From an uncultured Acidobacteriota bacterium (lineage in GTDB: Bacteria > Acidobacteriota > Thermoanaerobaculia > Gp7-AA8), in the NCBI GenBank assembly GCA_963741955.1, contig CAVUKB010000009.1:53165-117164 (forward strand): 64,000 nt of DNA, given 5' to 3'. Positions 1 through 10,142 of this stretch are shown in pieces. The position numbers and the translations under genes are program-made. The notes below the pieces were generated by a model. It was not told the origin of the DNA. It did not search any database and saw nothing but the letters and a program-made list of their open reading frames with translations. Each line of letters opens with the position of its first letter. Position 1 is the stretch's first letter.

Positions 1-822
1 CTGAATCGGGTAGACCGTCACGTTGCTCTTGTTCAGTGCGTGAACCATCGGCTTGTACCAGATCTCCTCGTTCGCGGGAATGTCGCGGCTGAACGTCGAG
101 ACGTCGCCGATGCCGAGGGTGAAGAGCATCATCGCCTTGCGGGCCTGGATCGGCTGGAGGGCTTTCGAGAGGGTCTCGATCGCATCGTAGATCCGGCCGG
201 CATGCATCATGTCGTTCACGTCGATATTGCGCATGATCGAAAGATCCGCGGCGTTCTTCGGAACCCTGGTCAGACCATCGGCTCCGGTCACTGCTTCGTT
301 CAGTGCCTGTTCGAGCTGCTTCTGATCGGAAGTGAAGTCGCTGTAGATCTTCAGTCGGACGTCGAATCCCGCGATCGCGACTTTGTCCTGTGGAAGAAGA
401 TCGTGCTGAACGAACCTGGCCGCGGCCTGTTTCGCGTTCATCAGATCCGACATGTAGTTCGGTAACTGCGAGGTATCCACCAGCTTGTCGAAGAAGATCA
501 CGAACCAGCGACCTTCCTTCACGTGCTCGACCTTGAAGGCGGCCTGACTCTCCGGCGACGTCAGGAGCCGTCGATCCGTGTAGTAATCGACGGATTGGAT
601 CTTCTGAGGAACGCCGTTCTCTTTCACGATGAAGTCGTCTTTTCCGAGACCGAGGATCTGTTGCCCGGTCCGGTCGGTCACGGTCGCATCGACCAGAACG
701 AGGTTGACGTTCATCTTCTCGTGGTAGGAGGGAACGTTCTCCGCTGGCTTCTGCTGGGCGAAGAGCGGGACCGAAAGAAGGAGGAAGAGGAGGGGGGTGA
801 GGATACGGGGAAGGTACTTCAT
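1..822 (-). CDS. Secreted VWA domain protein (acidobacterial VWFA-related type), 3' end outside the window
   Basis: Not in the ORF track. Manual translation from ATG at 822 (RBS AAAGGA upstream) gives signal peptide MKYLPRILTPLLFLLLSVPLFAQQ, then NVNLVLVDATVTDRTGQQILGLGKDDFIVKENGVPQKI...RWFVIFFD...RKAMMLFTLG. Frame stays open to the window edge. Confidence 0.85.
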   Translation of the reverse strand, partial: MKYLPRILTPLLFLLLSVPLFAQQKPAENVPSYHEKMNVNLVLVDATVTDRTGQQILGLGKDDFIVKENGVPQKIQSVDYYTDRRLLTSPESQAAFKVEHVKEGRWFVIFFDKLVDTSQLPNYMSDLMNAKQAAARFVQHDLLPQDKVAIAGFDVRLKIYSDFTSDQKQLEQALNEAVTGADGLTRVPKNAADLSIMRNIDVNDMMHAGRIYDAIETLSKALQPIQARKAMMLFTLGIGDVSTFSRDIPANEEIWYKPMVHALNKSNVTVYPIQ

Positions 823-979
823 GTCTGTCGTCCTTTCATGTGAGTCACAACCGCGCCATGCCGGGAGATGTTCTCGGGTGCCTCGACGCGTTCTCCACAC
901 TTTCTTGGACGAATGGGACGATGAAAGGAAATGTCACGGAGTCGTGAACGGAGCGGGGATGATTGCGGAGGGAAGAAAG

Positions 980-1056
980 TGGTCGGGGCAAGAGGACTTG
1001 AACCTCCGACCTCACGGTCCCGAACCGTGCGCTCTACCAGGCTGAGCTATGCCCCG
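980..1056 (-). tRNA. tRNA-Pro(CGG)
   Basis: Reverse complement CGGGGCATAGCTCAGCCTGGTAGAGCGCACGGTTCGGGACCGTGAGGTCGGAGGTTCAAGTCCTCTTGCCCCGACCA: cloverleaf, anticodon CGG, encoded CCA. Confidence 0.98.
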
Positions 1057-1246
1057 ACGCTGCAGGTGAGATCGAAATGCGGAAGCAAATCGAACCGGGA
1101 GGCGGATTCTAGGCAATTTTCTGCCGCCGGTCAAACCATTCGAACGGGATCCGCTGCAACGACCGCGATAACCTTCGGGCGGCGGGTGCCATTCCAACCC
1201 GATCGAGCTTCGAAACGCCGGTCGAGAACGCTACAATCCGCAGGCC

Positions 1247-2134
1247 ATGCCGACGAAACGATCCCTCCTCGCTTTCCTCCTCGCAAGCCTGATCGCCGTG
1301 CCTCTCTTCGCCTGGGGCGAGAAAGGCCACTACATCGCCAACGAAGCTGCCACGTACGGTACCCCCGCGGACATGCCGTACTTCTTCCACCAGGCCTACC
1401 CGCAGCTGATCTACATGTCTTACGACCCTGATCGGTGGCGCGGTGCAGGCGAGGCCCTCGACGCGGTGAACCCGCCGAACCACTTTCTCGATTACGAATA
1501 CGTCGAAGGTCTCGACCTGCCGCGTGACCGCTACGACTTCATCGATCTGATGATCCGGACCGGACGCTTCAGGAAGTACTCGATCGGTATCTCGACCACG
1601 GGATTCCTTCCGTGGCGGATCGCGGAGGTCTCGGATCTTCTCGAACAGCAGTGGCGATTCTGGCGAAGACTTCCCGCGGGGATGGAACGCTCGCAGGTCG
1701 AGCAGAACATCATTGCGATCTCCGGAGTCCTCGGGCACTACGTCGCCGATGCTTCAAACCCGGATCACACCACGATCAACTACAACGGCTGGGTCGAGCC
1801 GAACCCGGAACATTTTCCGATCGATTGCGACGCTCACTACCGCTTCGAGTCCGGATTCGTGGCGAACAGTGTCGAAGTGAGCGACGTTCTTCCGAAGCTT
1901 CACCCGCTGGTACCGCGAACCGACTATTTCAAGACCGCGCTCGAGTTGATCCACGAGTCGAACAGTCTGGTCTCCACTCTCTACCGGATCGACCGTGACG
2001 GCGGTTTCGCCTATCCGTACGGTACGAAAGAGGGGAAGGAGTTCGCGGTCTCGCGTCTCGCCTCCGGCGCGTCGGTGATGCGCGATCTCTGGTACTCGTG
2101 CTGGGTCAACTCGGGAAAATCGCGACGGCGCTGA
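1247..2134 (+). CDS. S1/P1 nuclease / zinc phospholipase C fold secreted protein
   Basis: Signal peptide followed by AWGEKGH, then HFLD, GHYVADASNPDH and HYRFES zinc-ligand motifs. Confidence 0.85.
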   Translation: MPTKRSLLAFLLASLIAVPLFAWGEKGHYIANEAATYGTPADMPYFFHQAYPQLIYMSYDPDRWRGAGEALDAVNPPNHFLDYEYVEGLDLPRDRYDFIDLMIRTGRFRKYSIGISTTGFLPWRIAEVSDLLEQQWRFWRRLPAGMERSQVEQNIIAISGVLGHYVADASNPDHTTINYNGWVEPNPEHFPIDCDAHYRFESGFVANSVEVSDVLPKLHPLVPRTDYFKTALELIHESNSLVSTLYRIDRDGGFAYPYGTKEGKEFAVSRLASGASVMRDLWYSCWVNSGKSRRR

Positions 2135-2141
2135 TCGCCAC

Positions 2142-2675
2142 TCATCCCCACAGGACGTCCCTCACACCGGCGAGCCGGTTTGCATAGCGCGCCGCAACGA
2201 AGAGAAGATCCGAGAGCCGGTTCAGGTAGACCAGGGTCGAAGGTGAGACCGCAGCTTCTTCGCCGAGTGCCACGACCAGGCGCTCGGCGCGCCGGCAGAC
2301 GGTCCGCGCGAGGTGGAGATATGCCGCGGTGAGCGAACCTCCCGGCAGAATGAAGTTCTTGAGGGGCTCGAGCTCCGCTTCCATCCGATCGATCGACTCC
2401 TCCAGGGCCGCGATCCGTTCCTCGTCCGGTCCGGGAAACTTCTCACGGGAGGCAGTGGCGGCCAGGTGAGCGCCGACATCGAAAAGATCGCTTTGTATTT
2501 TCTGAAGCTCACCGTCCAGGGGCGCCCCGTCCCACGAAGCACGAGCCACGCCGATCATCGAGTTGAGCTCGTCGACGGTTCCGTACGCGTCGATTCGCGG
2601 ATCGCTCTTCGAGACGCGTCCGCCCCCGATCAGTGACGTCTCGCCTCGATCACCGCCCTTCGTATAGATCTTCAT
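2142..2675 (-). CDS. pduO: ATP:cob(I)alamin adenosyltransferase, PduO type
   Basis: MKIYTKGGDRGETSL, AYGTVDELNS, FILPGG, RTVCRRAER and YLNRLSDLLF motifs. Confidence 0.95.
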   Translation of the reverse strand: MKIYTKGGDRGETSLIGGGRVSKSDPRIDAYGTVDELNSMIGVARASWDGAPLDGELQKIQSDLFDVGAHLAATASREKFPGPDEERIAALEESIDRMEAELEPLKNFILPGGSLTAAYLHLARTVCRRAERLVVALGEEAAVSPSTLVYLNRLSDLLFVAARYANRLAGVRDVLWG

Positions 2676-2702
2676 CGTCGGTCCCTCGCTCGATCATTTC
2701 GC

Positions 2703-2734
2703 AAAACAAAAAGGCGGCAGTGTCTGCCGCCTTT
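2703..2734 (-). terminator. Intrinsic terminator after the RomR-like gene
   Basis: AAAGGCGGCAG-tgt-CTGCCGCCTTT hairpin with an A-run on the left (U-tail on the minus strand). Confidence 0.75.
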
Positions 2735-2754
2735 CGACTTCCATTCGATGGAGG

Positions 2755-4632
2755 CTACTCCCCTTCGAGCTCGCGGATCCGCTCTTTGACGATGATCTCG
2801 GCGAGATCCGGGATCACTTCCCAGGCGATGTTCCGGACCACCTGGTCGCTGAGCTTCTCGACCACTCGTTTCGCGATCCGCTCGATCTGTTCGTCGGTCA
2901 GGTCACTGCCGGCCGGCTGGATCTCCGCGGGCGCAGCGGCCACCGGTGCAGGCGTTGCCACCGGCATCGGCGGGGGAGGCGTTGGATACTCCGGTTCCTG
3001 CCGGTATTCTTCCTGTGCTGCCGGAGGCTCTTCGACCTCGGCGGCCTCGAACGGCGAGAGTGCCGGCTCGGAGGGGAGTTCTTCTTCCGGAGCGCGGGTC
3101 TGTTCCTCTTCGACATCGGGTGCCGCCGCGACTTCGGCTTCGAAGGGCGAAGGCTGCGGAGCTTCCATTGCCGGCGCTTCCGGCTCCTCCTCGGCGGGAG
3201 CTTCTTCGCCGAACGGAGTCTCGGTCGTCTTCAGAGGCGATCCCCATGCCTGTTCCTGTTCGGCCGGAGCTTCCCACGGCGACGCTTCTTCTTCTGCGGC
3301 CGGCGCCGGTTCCGATTCCCAGGGAGAGGCGCTGGCAGGTTCTTCGGCGCCCCAAGGCTGTGGGGACTCGTTTTCGGCTTCTGCTCCAGCCCAGGGTCCG
3401 GCGGGTTCCTTCTCTTCCTCCGGCTGTTCCCACTGGGGGATCGGCTGCTCCTCCGTCTCGTCGGCTGCCGGAGGCATCGAGCCCTGCATCCGCTGGATCT
3501 CGTCGAAGCTCATCATCGGGAATGCGCGTGTCTCGCCTGCAGGGACTTCTTCCGCAGGCTCGGGTTCGTGCATCACGCCAAATGCTTCGCCCGACATCTG
3601 CTGCGAGGCTGGCTGCTCCTCCACACTCTCCGGCGGTTCTTCGAACGGCGACGGTGCGGCGTGTTCGGCAGCGGGCTCGGTTGGGGACTGAGGCGGCTCT
3701 TCCTGTTCGAACGGTGAACCGGCCGAGATCTCGGCTTCGCGCTGCTCCTCTTCCTGCTGGATGCGCTGGAGCTCTTCCGGCGACATCATCTGAAACGCGC
3801 GGGTCTCGCCGCCGTACGCGGGGGGCGCTTCTTCGCCGAAACCTCCCCCTTCGCTTTCGAACTGCGGGGGCTCGGGAGGTTGAGCCTGCCCGGTCTCTTC
3901 CGGTTGTTCCTGCATCGACTGCAGGTCCGAAAGACTCATCTTCTGAAATGTGCGGGTCTCGCCCGAGTAGTCGAAGCCTTCATCGAGAGGCATCTCCTCG
4001 GATGGAGCGGCCGCGGATTCCTGGAAGATCTCGGAGCCATGTTCTTTGAACGGCTCATCGAAGGGAGGCACTGTGTCCTCCCCGGGCTCTTCCGCCGGCT
4101 CGGCCTGCTCGAACGAAGATGGCGCGGGAGGCGTTTCGCGCTCGAACCGAGGCGGCATCTCCGACGGACTCGCGGGTTCGGCGGGAAAGTCCCAGACATT
4201 CTGCTCGGGCTCGGCGGATGCAGTCGCGGCGGGTTCTTCCTCGCGCGACTCGCCTCTCGCTCCGGCCTGCTGGATGAGCTCTTCGACCTTGTGCACCAGG
4301 CTCTGAGACTCGAACGGTTTGGTGACTACGGCATCGCATCCTGCTTTCTCCGCCCGGTCCGGGTCGAAGGGCTCGAACGTGCCGGTCAGAAGGATGACCG
4401 GGATGTTGCGGTATTCGGGATGCGACTTCACGTATTCGCAGAGCTCGTACCCATTCTTCTCGGGCATGATGATGTCCGAGAGGATGATGTCGGGATGGAT
4501 CTCCGACAGCTTCTGGATGGCTCGCGCACCGTTGCTCGTCGCGATCACCTCGTAGTCGCCGTCAGAGAACGTGAGCTCGACGACCTTCTGTATGGTGATG
4601 CTGTCATCAGCTAGAAGAATCTTCTTCGGCAT
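2755..4632 (-). CDS. RomR-like response regulator (receiver, long acidic Pro/Glu-rich linker, conserved C-terminal helix)
   Basis: Start MPKKILLADDS at 4632. Receiver with LLTGTFEPFD and KPFESQ. C-terminus VVRNIAWEVIPDLAEIIVKERIRELE matches the recalled Myxococcus RomR C-terminal motif (IAWEVVPQLAETII). Confidence 0.8.
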   Translation of the reverse strand: MPKKILLADDSITIQKVVELTFSDGDYEVIATSNGARAIQKLSEIHPDIILSDIIMPEKNGYELCEYVKSHPEYRNIPVILLTGTFEPFDPDRAEKAGCDAVVTKPFESQSLVHKVEELIQQAGARGESREEEPAATASAEPEQNVWDFPAEPASPSEMPPRFERETPPAPSSFEQAEPAEEPGEDTVPPFDEPFKEHGSEIFQESAAAPSEEMPLDEGFDYSGETRTFQKMSLSDLQSMQEQPEETGQAQPPEPPQFESEGGGFGEEAPPAYGGETRAFQMMSPEELQRIQQEEEQREAEISAGSPFEQEEPPQSPTEPAAEHAAPSPFEEPPESVEEQPASQQMSGEAFGVMHEPEPAEEVPAGETRAFPMMSFDEIQRMQGSMPPAADETEEQPIPQWEQPEEEKEPAGPWAGAEAENESPQPWGAEEPASASPWESEPAPAAEEEASPWEAPAEQEQAWGSPLKTTETPFGEEAPAEEEPEAPAMEAPQPSPFEAEVAAAPDVEEEQTRAPEEELPSEPALSPFEAAEVEEPPAAQEEYRQEPEYPTPPPPMPVATPAPVAAAPAEIQPAGSDLTDEQIERIAKRVVEKLSDQVVRNIAWEVIPDLAEIIVKERIRELEGE

Positions 4633-4728
4633 CTTATTTTCTCTCTGGGATGTTTGTTGGCAACGTAGCATTGGCGGCTTTCCAAGTCAACGAGACAGGG
4701 GGCAGAAACTGCTATAGTTGAACGGTTT

Positions 4729-5424
4729 ATGAAGGTCCCTCCCCCAGCCGGAGAACTGAAATTTCTCGTTCTCGGCCACCGCGGGAGCCGCCGCCGGGAG
4801 ACCGAGAACACCATCGCCTCACTCGCTCTTGCGCTCGAGGAGGGTGCAGAGGGATTCGAGACGGATCTCCGGCGTCTTTCGGACGGTTCGATCGTGCTGT
4901 TTCACGATGCCGAAGTGGACGGGATCCGAACCGAGCGCTGGACCACCGACGCGCTGCGCGAGCGGATCGGACCGCTCGCTCTCCTCTCCGATCTCGAGCG
5001 GTTTCGCGGGCGTGCACGCATGATTCTCGAGGTCAAGACGTCGGGATTCGAAAAGGAGCTGGTCGAGACGATCCGTGGATGGGAGAACGTGATCGTCTCG
5101 TCGTTCGACCACGCTCTGGTCGGCCGCCTCGCCCGCCGTACCCGCACGTTCGAGCTCGGAGTGATCAACGCGGGCGCTCTGGTCGACCCCGCGGATTACG
5201 TTGCCGGGCTCGGAGCGGAGTGGATGTTTCCGCAGTGGGAGCTCGTCGATCGCGACCTCGTCGTGAAGCTGCACCGGAGGAAACTCGGCGTGATCCCCTG
5301 GACCGCGAATGGTCCGGGCTCGTGGGCGGAGCTGCTCGAAGCCGGCTGTGACGGGGTGATTACCGACACTCCGGCCGAAGCAGTGGCATGGCGACGTGGA
5401 CAATCGGGTGAACTGCTGTGCTAA
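4729..5424 (+). CDS. Glycerophosphodiester phosphodiesterase family protein
   Basis: GHRG, ENT, ETDLR, HD, LEVK, SSFD, WTAN and GVITD motifs. Confidence 0.9.
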   Translation: MKVPPPAGELKFLVLGHRGSRRRETENTIASLALALEEGAEGFETDLRRLSDGSIVLFHDAEVDGIRTERWTTDALRERIGPLALLSDLERFRGRARMILEVKTSGFEKELVETIRGWENVIVSSFDHALVGRLARRTRTFELGVINAGALVDPADYVAGLGAEWMFPQWELVDRDLVVKLHRRKLGVIPWTANGPGSWAELLEAGCDGVITDTPAEAVAWRRGQSGELLC

Positions 5425-5478
5425 ACTTCCCGCGCACAAAGAGATATCCAGAGCGTGGACCTGCGGGGGGAAGCGGAT

Positions 5479-5670
5479 ATGAAAAAGTGGGAGTACAAGA
5501 TCATCAACGTGCGCTCTGAGAACTACTCCATGGATCCGAGACGGGCTGAAGAGCTCAATCGCCTCGGAGACGAGGGGTGGGAGCTGGTCTCGATCACCTC
5601 GATCAATTTCAAGACGGGTGCGACGGACCACATCGGCATGGTCTTCAAGCGGGAGAGAGCAGCGTCCTGA
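5479..5670 (+). CDS. DUF4177-like small protein
   Basis: MKKWEYK...ELNRLGDEGWELVS...VFKRE pattern. Confidence 0.85.
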   Translation: MKKWEYKIINVRSENYSMDPRRAEELNRLGDEGWELVSITSINFKTGATDHIGMVFKRERAAS

Positions 5671-5756
5671 CCTCCCGCGATCCGGCGTCCATTCCCAATT
5701 CCGAATCGATTCTGATATGTTCCGGCTTCCTTTGAGCGCCCTCGAAGGGAGATCCA

Positions 5757-7337
5757 ATGCCATCTCGTCCTTTTCTTCTCCTCGTCGTCATCGACGGTCT
5801 CGGTTGCCGTAAACAGACGAACTGGAACGCGTTCGCCGAGGCGAAGACTCCGGTTTTCGACCGGCTCTTTTCCGAGGAGCCGTGGACCACGCTCGAGGCC
5901 TCCGGCCTCGCGGTCGGACTTCCTCCCGGTCAGATGGGCAACTCCGAGGTGGGACACCTGAACATCGGCGCGGGCCGGATCGTCGATCAGGACATCGTCC
6001 GGATCTCCAAGGCGATCGAGAGGGGGGAGCTGGCGAAGAATCCGGTCCTGGTCGATCTCTTCCGGAGGGTGAAGGAATCGGGATGTGCAGTGCATTTCGC
6101 CGGACTTCTCTCCGAGGGTGGAGTGCACTCTTTGCAGTCGCATCTTCACGGGCTGATCGATGCCGCGATCGCGAACGGGCTGGAGAGCATCGACGGGATG
6201 CCGCGGATATTCATACACGCGATCCTCGACGGCCGCGATACGCCTCCGATGTCGGCGGTGGCGAACCTCTCCCGCCTGAACGAGTTCCTCGAGGACAAAC
6301 CACAGACGGCGCTCTCCACGATCATCGGACGCTATTACGCGATGGATCGCGACAAGCGCTGGGAGCGGATCAACAAGGCGTGGGATCTCTGGACACTCGG
6401 AATCGGGACGGAGAGCTCCGATCCGATCGCATCGGTGGAGCGATTCTACGAAGCGAACATCACCGACGAGTTCATGGAGCCGATTGCAGTCCTCGCTTCC
6501 GACGGCGCTCATCGTGGGAAGATCCGCGACGGTGACGCCGTATTGCTGTTCAATTTTCGCGCGGACCGGATGCGGCAGATCGTGTCTGCATTCCGGGACG
6601 ACGACTTCCAGGGCTTCGAGCGCGAGATCCGGCCGAAGGTCGATCTCGTCTCCATGAACCGCTACCATCAGGACTTCGATTTTCCGGTCATCTTTCCTCC
6701 GCAGAAGATCTCGAACCATCTCGGAGAAGTCTTCGCGGCGCAGGGGATGAAGCAGCTCCGGATCGCGGAGACGGAGAAGTACGCACACGTGACATTCTTT
6801 TTCAACGGCGGCTCGGACACGGTCTCGCCGGGAGAAGAGCGGATCCTCATCCAGTCTCCGAAGGTCGCCACGTACGATCTCCAGCCTGAGATGTCCCTCC
6901 CCGAATTGAGCGCCCGGGTGATCGAAGAGATCGGGAGCCGGAAGTACGACGCCATCGTCATGAACATCGCCAACCCCGACATGGTCGGGCACACCGGAGT
7001 GATGGACGCGACGGTGAAGGCCGTCGCCGCGACGGATGAGGCGATCGGACGAATCCTCGGCGCGGTGGCGGCAGTCGGCGGGATCACTCTGATTACGGCC
7101 GACCACGGCAATTGCGAGCTGATGTACGACCCGGCGACGGGACAGGCGCATACCGCCCACACCACCAATCCGGTTCCGCTGATTCTGATCGATCCGGAAA
7201 AGCGATACCGTTCGCTGGATGCCGGAGGGGCGCTGGAGAACGTCGCCCCAACCATTCTGGACATTCTTTCCATCCCCAAGCCTTCGGAGATGACCGCGGA
7301 ATCCCTCCTCGGCGAAGATGGTTCGCAAGCGAGATGA
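5757..7337 (+). CDS. gpmI: 2,3-bisphosphoglycerate-independent phosphoglycerate mutase
   Basis: VIDGLG, GQMGNSEVGH, GRYYAMDRD, AETEKYAHVTFFFNGG, NPDMVGHTG and TADHGN motifs. Confidence 0.97.
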   Translation: MPSRPFLLLVVIDGLGCRKQTNWNAFAEAKTPVFDRLFSEEPWTTLEASGLAVGLPPGQMGNSEVGHLNIGAGRIVDQDIVRISKAIERGELAKNPVLVDLFRRVKESGCAVHFAGLLSEGGVHSLQSHLHGLIDAAIANGLESIDGMPRIFIHAILDGRDTPPMSAVANLSRLNEFLEDKPQTALSTIIGRYYAMDRDKRWERINKAWDLWTLGIGTESSDPIASVERFYEANITDEFMEPIAVLASDGAHRGKIRDGDAVLLFNFRADRMRQIVSAFRDDDFQGFEREIRPKVDLVSMNRYHQDFDFPVIFPPQKISNHLGEVFAAQGMKQLRIAETEKYAHVTFFFNGGSDTVSPGEERILIQSPKVATYDLQPEMSLPELSARVIEEIGSRKYDAIVMNIANPDMVGHTGVMDATVKAVAATDEAIGRILGAVAAVGGITLITADHGNCELMYDPATGQAHTAHTTNPVPLILIDPEKRYRSLDAGGALENVAPTILDILSIPKPSEMTAESLLGEDGSQAR

Positions 7338-7957
7338 TCGAGACGCTGATCTTCGTGCGCCACGGCGAGACCGTCGACAACCTTCGAGGAGTCGCTCAGG
7401 GATGGAGTGACAGCGATCTCTCGCCGCGCGGTCAGGAGCAGGTGAAACGCCTGGCGCGACGTCTGACCCGCATGGAGCCGACTTCCCTTTACAGCTCGAC
7501 CCTCCCGCGCGCGATCACCACCGCGACCGTAATCGCCGGAGAGATCGCGCTCGATCCGGTGCCGCTGGACGACCTTCGGGAAATGCACTGCGGACGATGG
7601 GAGGGACAATCGTTCGTCGAACTGCGTAACTCGGATGAAGACGCGTACCAGCGCTGGGCCGGGGATCCGGAGGTGGCGTGTCCGGAAGGGGAGTCGTACG
7701 CAGATGTTCTGATCCGGATGAAGCGGGCGCTCCAGACGATCGAAACGCGGGAGAATGGCAACGGGAGACGGCCGGTGATCGTCTCACACGGCACGGCGAT
7801 CCGGATCATCGCGACGGAGCTTCTCGGGATCGACCTCCGCGCGGCGCGGAATCTCGCCCTCGACAATGCGGCGGTCAACGTCTTCGAGCGAAGAGGAGAG
7901 CGCTGGGTGCTGAAGGTATGGAACGACACCACCCACTGTGAGGGAGCAGTCGAATGA
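7334..7957 (+). CDS. Histidine phosphatase family protein
   Basis: True start ATG at 7334 (ATGA overlap with gpmI stop). VRHGET, LREMHCGRWEG, GES and VSHG motifs. Confidence 0.92.
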   Translation: MIETLIFVRHGETVDNLRGVAQGWSDSDLSPRGQEQVKRLARRLTRMEPTSLYSSTLPRAITTATVIAGEIALDPVPLDDLREMHCGRWEGQSFVELRNSDEDAYQRWAGDPEVACPEGESYADVLIRMKRALQTIETRENGNGRRPVIVSHGTAIRIIATELLGIDLRAARNLALDNAAVNVFERRGERWVLKVWNDTTHCEGAVE

Positions 7958-9924
7958 TTCTCGAACGCATCGTCGAAGAGCTCTCCGAGGCGCTGAAGGG
8001 CCGCGTGCTGACACTGTTCGGACACGCAGTGGATCGCGTGGTTCTCCAGACGCCGCCGCGGCTGGAGATGGGAGACCTGGCGACGCCGCTCGCTCTCGAG
8101 CTCGCGCGAGTGCTGAAAAGGGCGCCGCGTCAGATCGCGCAAACCATCATTCAGGAGATGCACCTCCCGGCACTCGTCGCGGAGGTGAGGGTGGAGGGAG
8201 CGGGGTACATCAACTTCCGCTTCGACCGCGGGGGGTTCACCCGCGAGTACATCGGCCGGGTGCTCGAGCCGCCCGTCCCGGCCGGCGAGCGTGTCACCAT
8301 CGAGCACACCAACATCAATCCCAACAAGGCCGCTCACATCGGTCACCTGAGAAACGCGGTGCTCGGTGACACGCTGGTCCGCTCGCTCGACTGGCTGGGG
8401 TACGACGTCGAAGCGCAGAACTACATCGACGACACCGGAGTGCAGGTCGCGGACGTGGTGGTCGGATTCGAGCACCTCCTGGGCGAAGGCGTCGAGCAGG
8501 TGCTGGCGCGCATCGCGGACCGCTCGGAGCGATTCGATTATTTCTGCTGGGACCTCTACTCCCGGATGGCCCGGTATTACGAAGAGCATCCGGAAGGAGT
8601 GGAGTGGCGCCGGGAAACCCTGCACCGCATCGAGAAGCAGGAAGGCGAGACCGCGAAGCTCGCCGCAGTCATCGCCGGTGCGATCGTACGGCACCACATC
8701 GGGACGGCGTTGCGGCTCGGGATCGAATACGACCTTCTGGTCAAAGAAAGCGACATCATCCGTCAGAACTTCTGGGAGCTCGCGTTCGAAAGACTCAAGG
8801 CCGCCGGAGCGGTGATCTACGAGGAGTCGGGGAAGCACGCCGGCTGCTGGGTGATGAAGCTCTCCGAGTCGCCCGAATTCGAAGGCCTGGAGGAGCCCGA
8901 CAAGATTCTGGTCCGCTCCAACGGAACGGTGACTTACGTCGGGAAAGACATCGCCTATCAGCTCTGGAAGTTCGGGCTGATCCCGAGGACATTCGAGTAT
9001 CGTCCGTTCTCGCGTTACCAGGACGGGAGGATTCTCTGGGAGACGACGAGCGAAGGTGACGGCGATCCGGAAGCGCCGCGATTCAGCGGGGCCGATCGGG
9101 TCTTCAACGTGATCGACATCCGGCAGGGATATCTGCAGAAGATCGTCCGTGAAGGAGTCCGGCAGCTGGGTCACGAAACGGCGGCGGAGCGATCGATCCA
9201 CTTCTCGTACGAGATGGTCGCCCTCAGTCCCGCCACCGCGCGGGAGCTCGGCTTCGAGGTCAAAGACGAGGATATGTCGAAGGCCTATCTCGAGATGTCG
9301 GGTCGGAAAGGGCTCGGCGTGAAGGCCGACGATCTTCTCGACCAGCTGGCGCTCAAGGCCGCGGAGGCGGTGCGGGAAGGAGTGGCCGGAGCCGAGGGGG
9401 CGAGTGACGAAGAGATCGCGGAGCTGGCCCGCCAGATCGCGGTCGGAGCGCTCCGTTACTTCATGCTCAAGTACGGTCGGAACAAGGTGATCGCGTTCGA
9501 TTTCCGCGAGGCGCTCAGCTTCGAGGGCGATTCCGGCCCGTATCTGCAGTACTCGACGGTACGTGCGCAGAACATTTTCCGGAAGATGGAGGAGCGCGAC
9601 GTCGATCCGCTTCTCGACCCGCACTCGCTCGACCGGCTGACCATCGGCGGTACGATGCCGGACGAGATCTGGGAGATCGTGCGGATGAGTGCAGAGACGG
9701 GTATGGCGGTTCGGCGCGCGGTCGAATCACTGGAGCTTTCGACCCTCACGCACCACGCTTTCGACCTCGCACAGAAATTCAATTCTTTCTACCACAAGTT
9801 CCCTATACTGAATGAAAAGGACGAGGCCGAACGTCAGCGTCGAGCCGCGTGCGCAGAAATCTTCCGCCAGACGATGCACGGAATTCTCAAGCTGATGGGA
9901 ATCCCGCTTCCCCCGCGGATGTAA
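7954..9924 (+). CDS. argS: Arginine--tRNA ligase
   Basis: EHTNINPNKAAHIGHLRNA (HIGH motif), MSGRKG, GDSGPYLQY, C-terminal PPRM. Confidence 0.97.
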   Translation: MILERIVEELSEALKGRVLTLFGHAVDRVVLQTPPRLEMGDLATPLALELARVLKRAPRQIAQTIIQEMHLPALVAEVRVEGAGYINFRFDRGGFTREYIGRVLEPPVPAGERVTIEHTNINPNKAAHIGHLRNAVLGDTLVRSLDWLGYDVEAQNYIDDTGVQVADVVVGFEHLLGEGVEQVLARIADRSERFDYFCWDLYSRMARYYEEHPEGVEWRRETLHRIEKQEGETAKLAAVIAGAIVRHHIGTALRLGIEYDLLVKESDIIRQNFWELAFERLKAAGAVIYEESGKHAGCWVMKLSESPEFEGLEEPDKILVRSNGTVTYVGKDIAYQLWKFGLIPRTFEYRPFSRYQDGRILWETTSEGDGDPEAPRFSGADRVFNVIDIRQGYLQKIVREGVRQLGHETAAERSIHFSYEMVALSPATARELGFEVKDEDMSKAYLEMSGRKGLGVKADDLLDQLALKAAEAVREGVAGAEGASDEEIAELARQIAVGALRYFMLKYGRNKVIAFDFREALSFEGDSGPYLQYSTVRAQNIFRKMEERDVDPLLDPHSLDRLTIGGTMPDEIWEIVRMSAETGMAVRRAVESLELSTLTHHAFDLAQKFNSFYHKFPILNEKDEAERQRRAACAEIFRQTMHGILKLMGIPLPPRM

Positions 9925-9935
9925 GAGGACTTCCG

Positions 9936-10103
9936 ATGGAACTGACCTGGCAGGATTACGCGATACGCGCACTTGTGCTCGCCTGTGGTGCGGTTGCCGC
10001 AGGGATCTTCATCTTGAAAGGTGAAGGGCAGACGCTCATCGCGCTGGCGATCGGCGGCTCATTTGGAGCCGGCCTGCTCGCCCGCTTCGGCCACCAGGGC
10101 TGA
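9936..10103 (+). CDS. Small two-TM membrane protein (55 aa)
   Basis: GAGGA RBS and two hydrophobic segments: MELTWQDYAIRALVLACGAVAAGIFIL...LIALAIGGSFGAGLLARF. Confidence 0.6.
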   Translation: MELTWQDYAIRALVLACGAVAAGIFILKGEGQTLIALAIGGSFGAGLLARFGHQG

Positions 10104-10142
10104 CTCTTCCGTTCTGACCGCGGCCTTTCCCGGAACCGTGAA

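Noticed and set aside
40-843. Plus-strand ORFs 40-465 and 523-843
   Set aside because: Antisense shadows of the minus-strand VWA gene.
839-849. TGTGAGTCACA palindrome upstream of the VWA gene
   Set aside because: Half-sites are separated by 1 nt rather than 6, so it is not a Crp/Fnr box; no other copies seen.
980-1056. tRNA-Pro as an integration site
   Set aside because: No integrase and no duplicated tRNA 3' end seen in the window.
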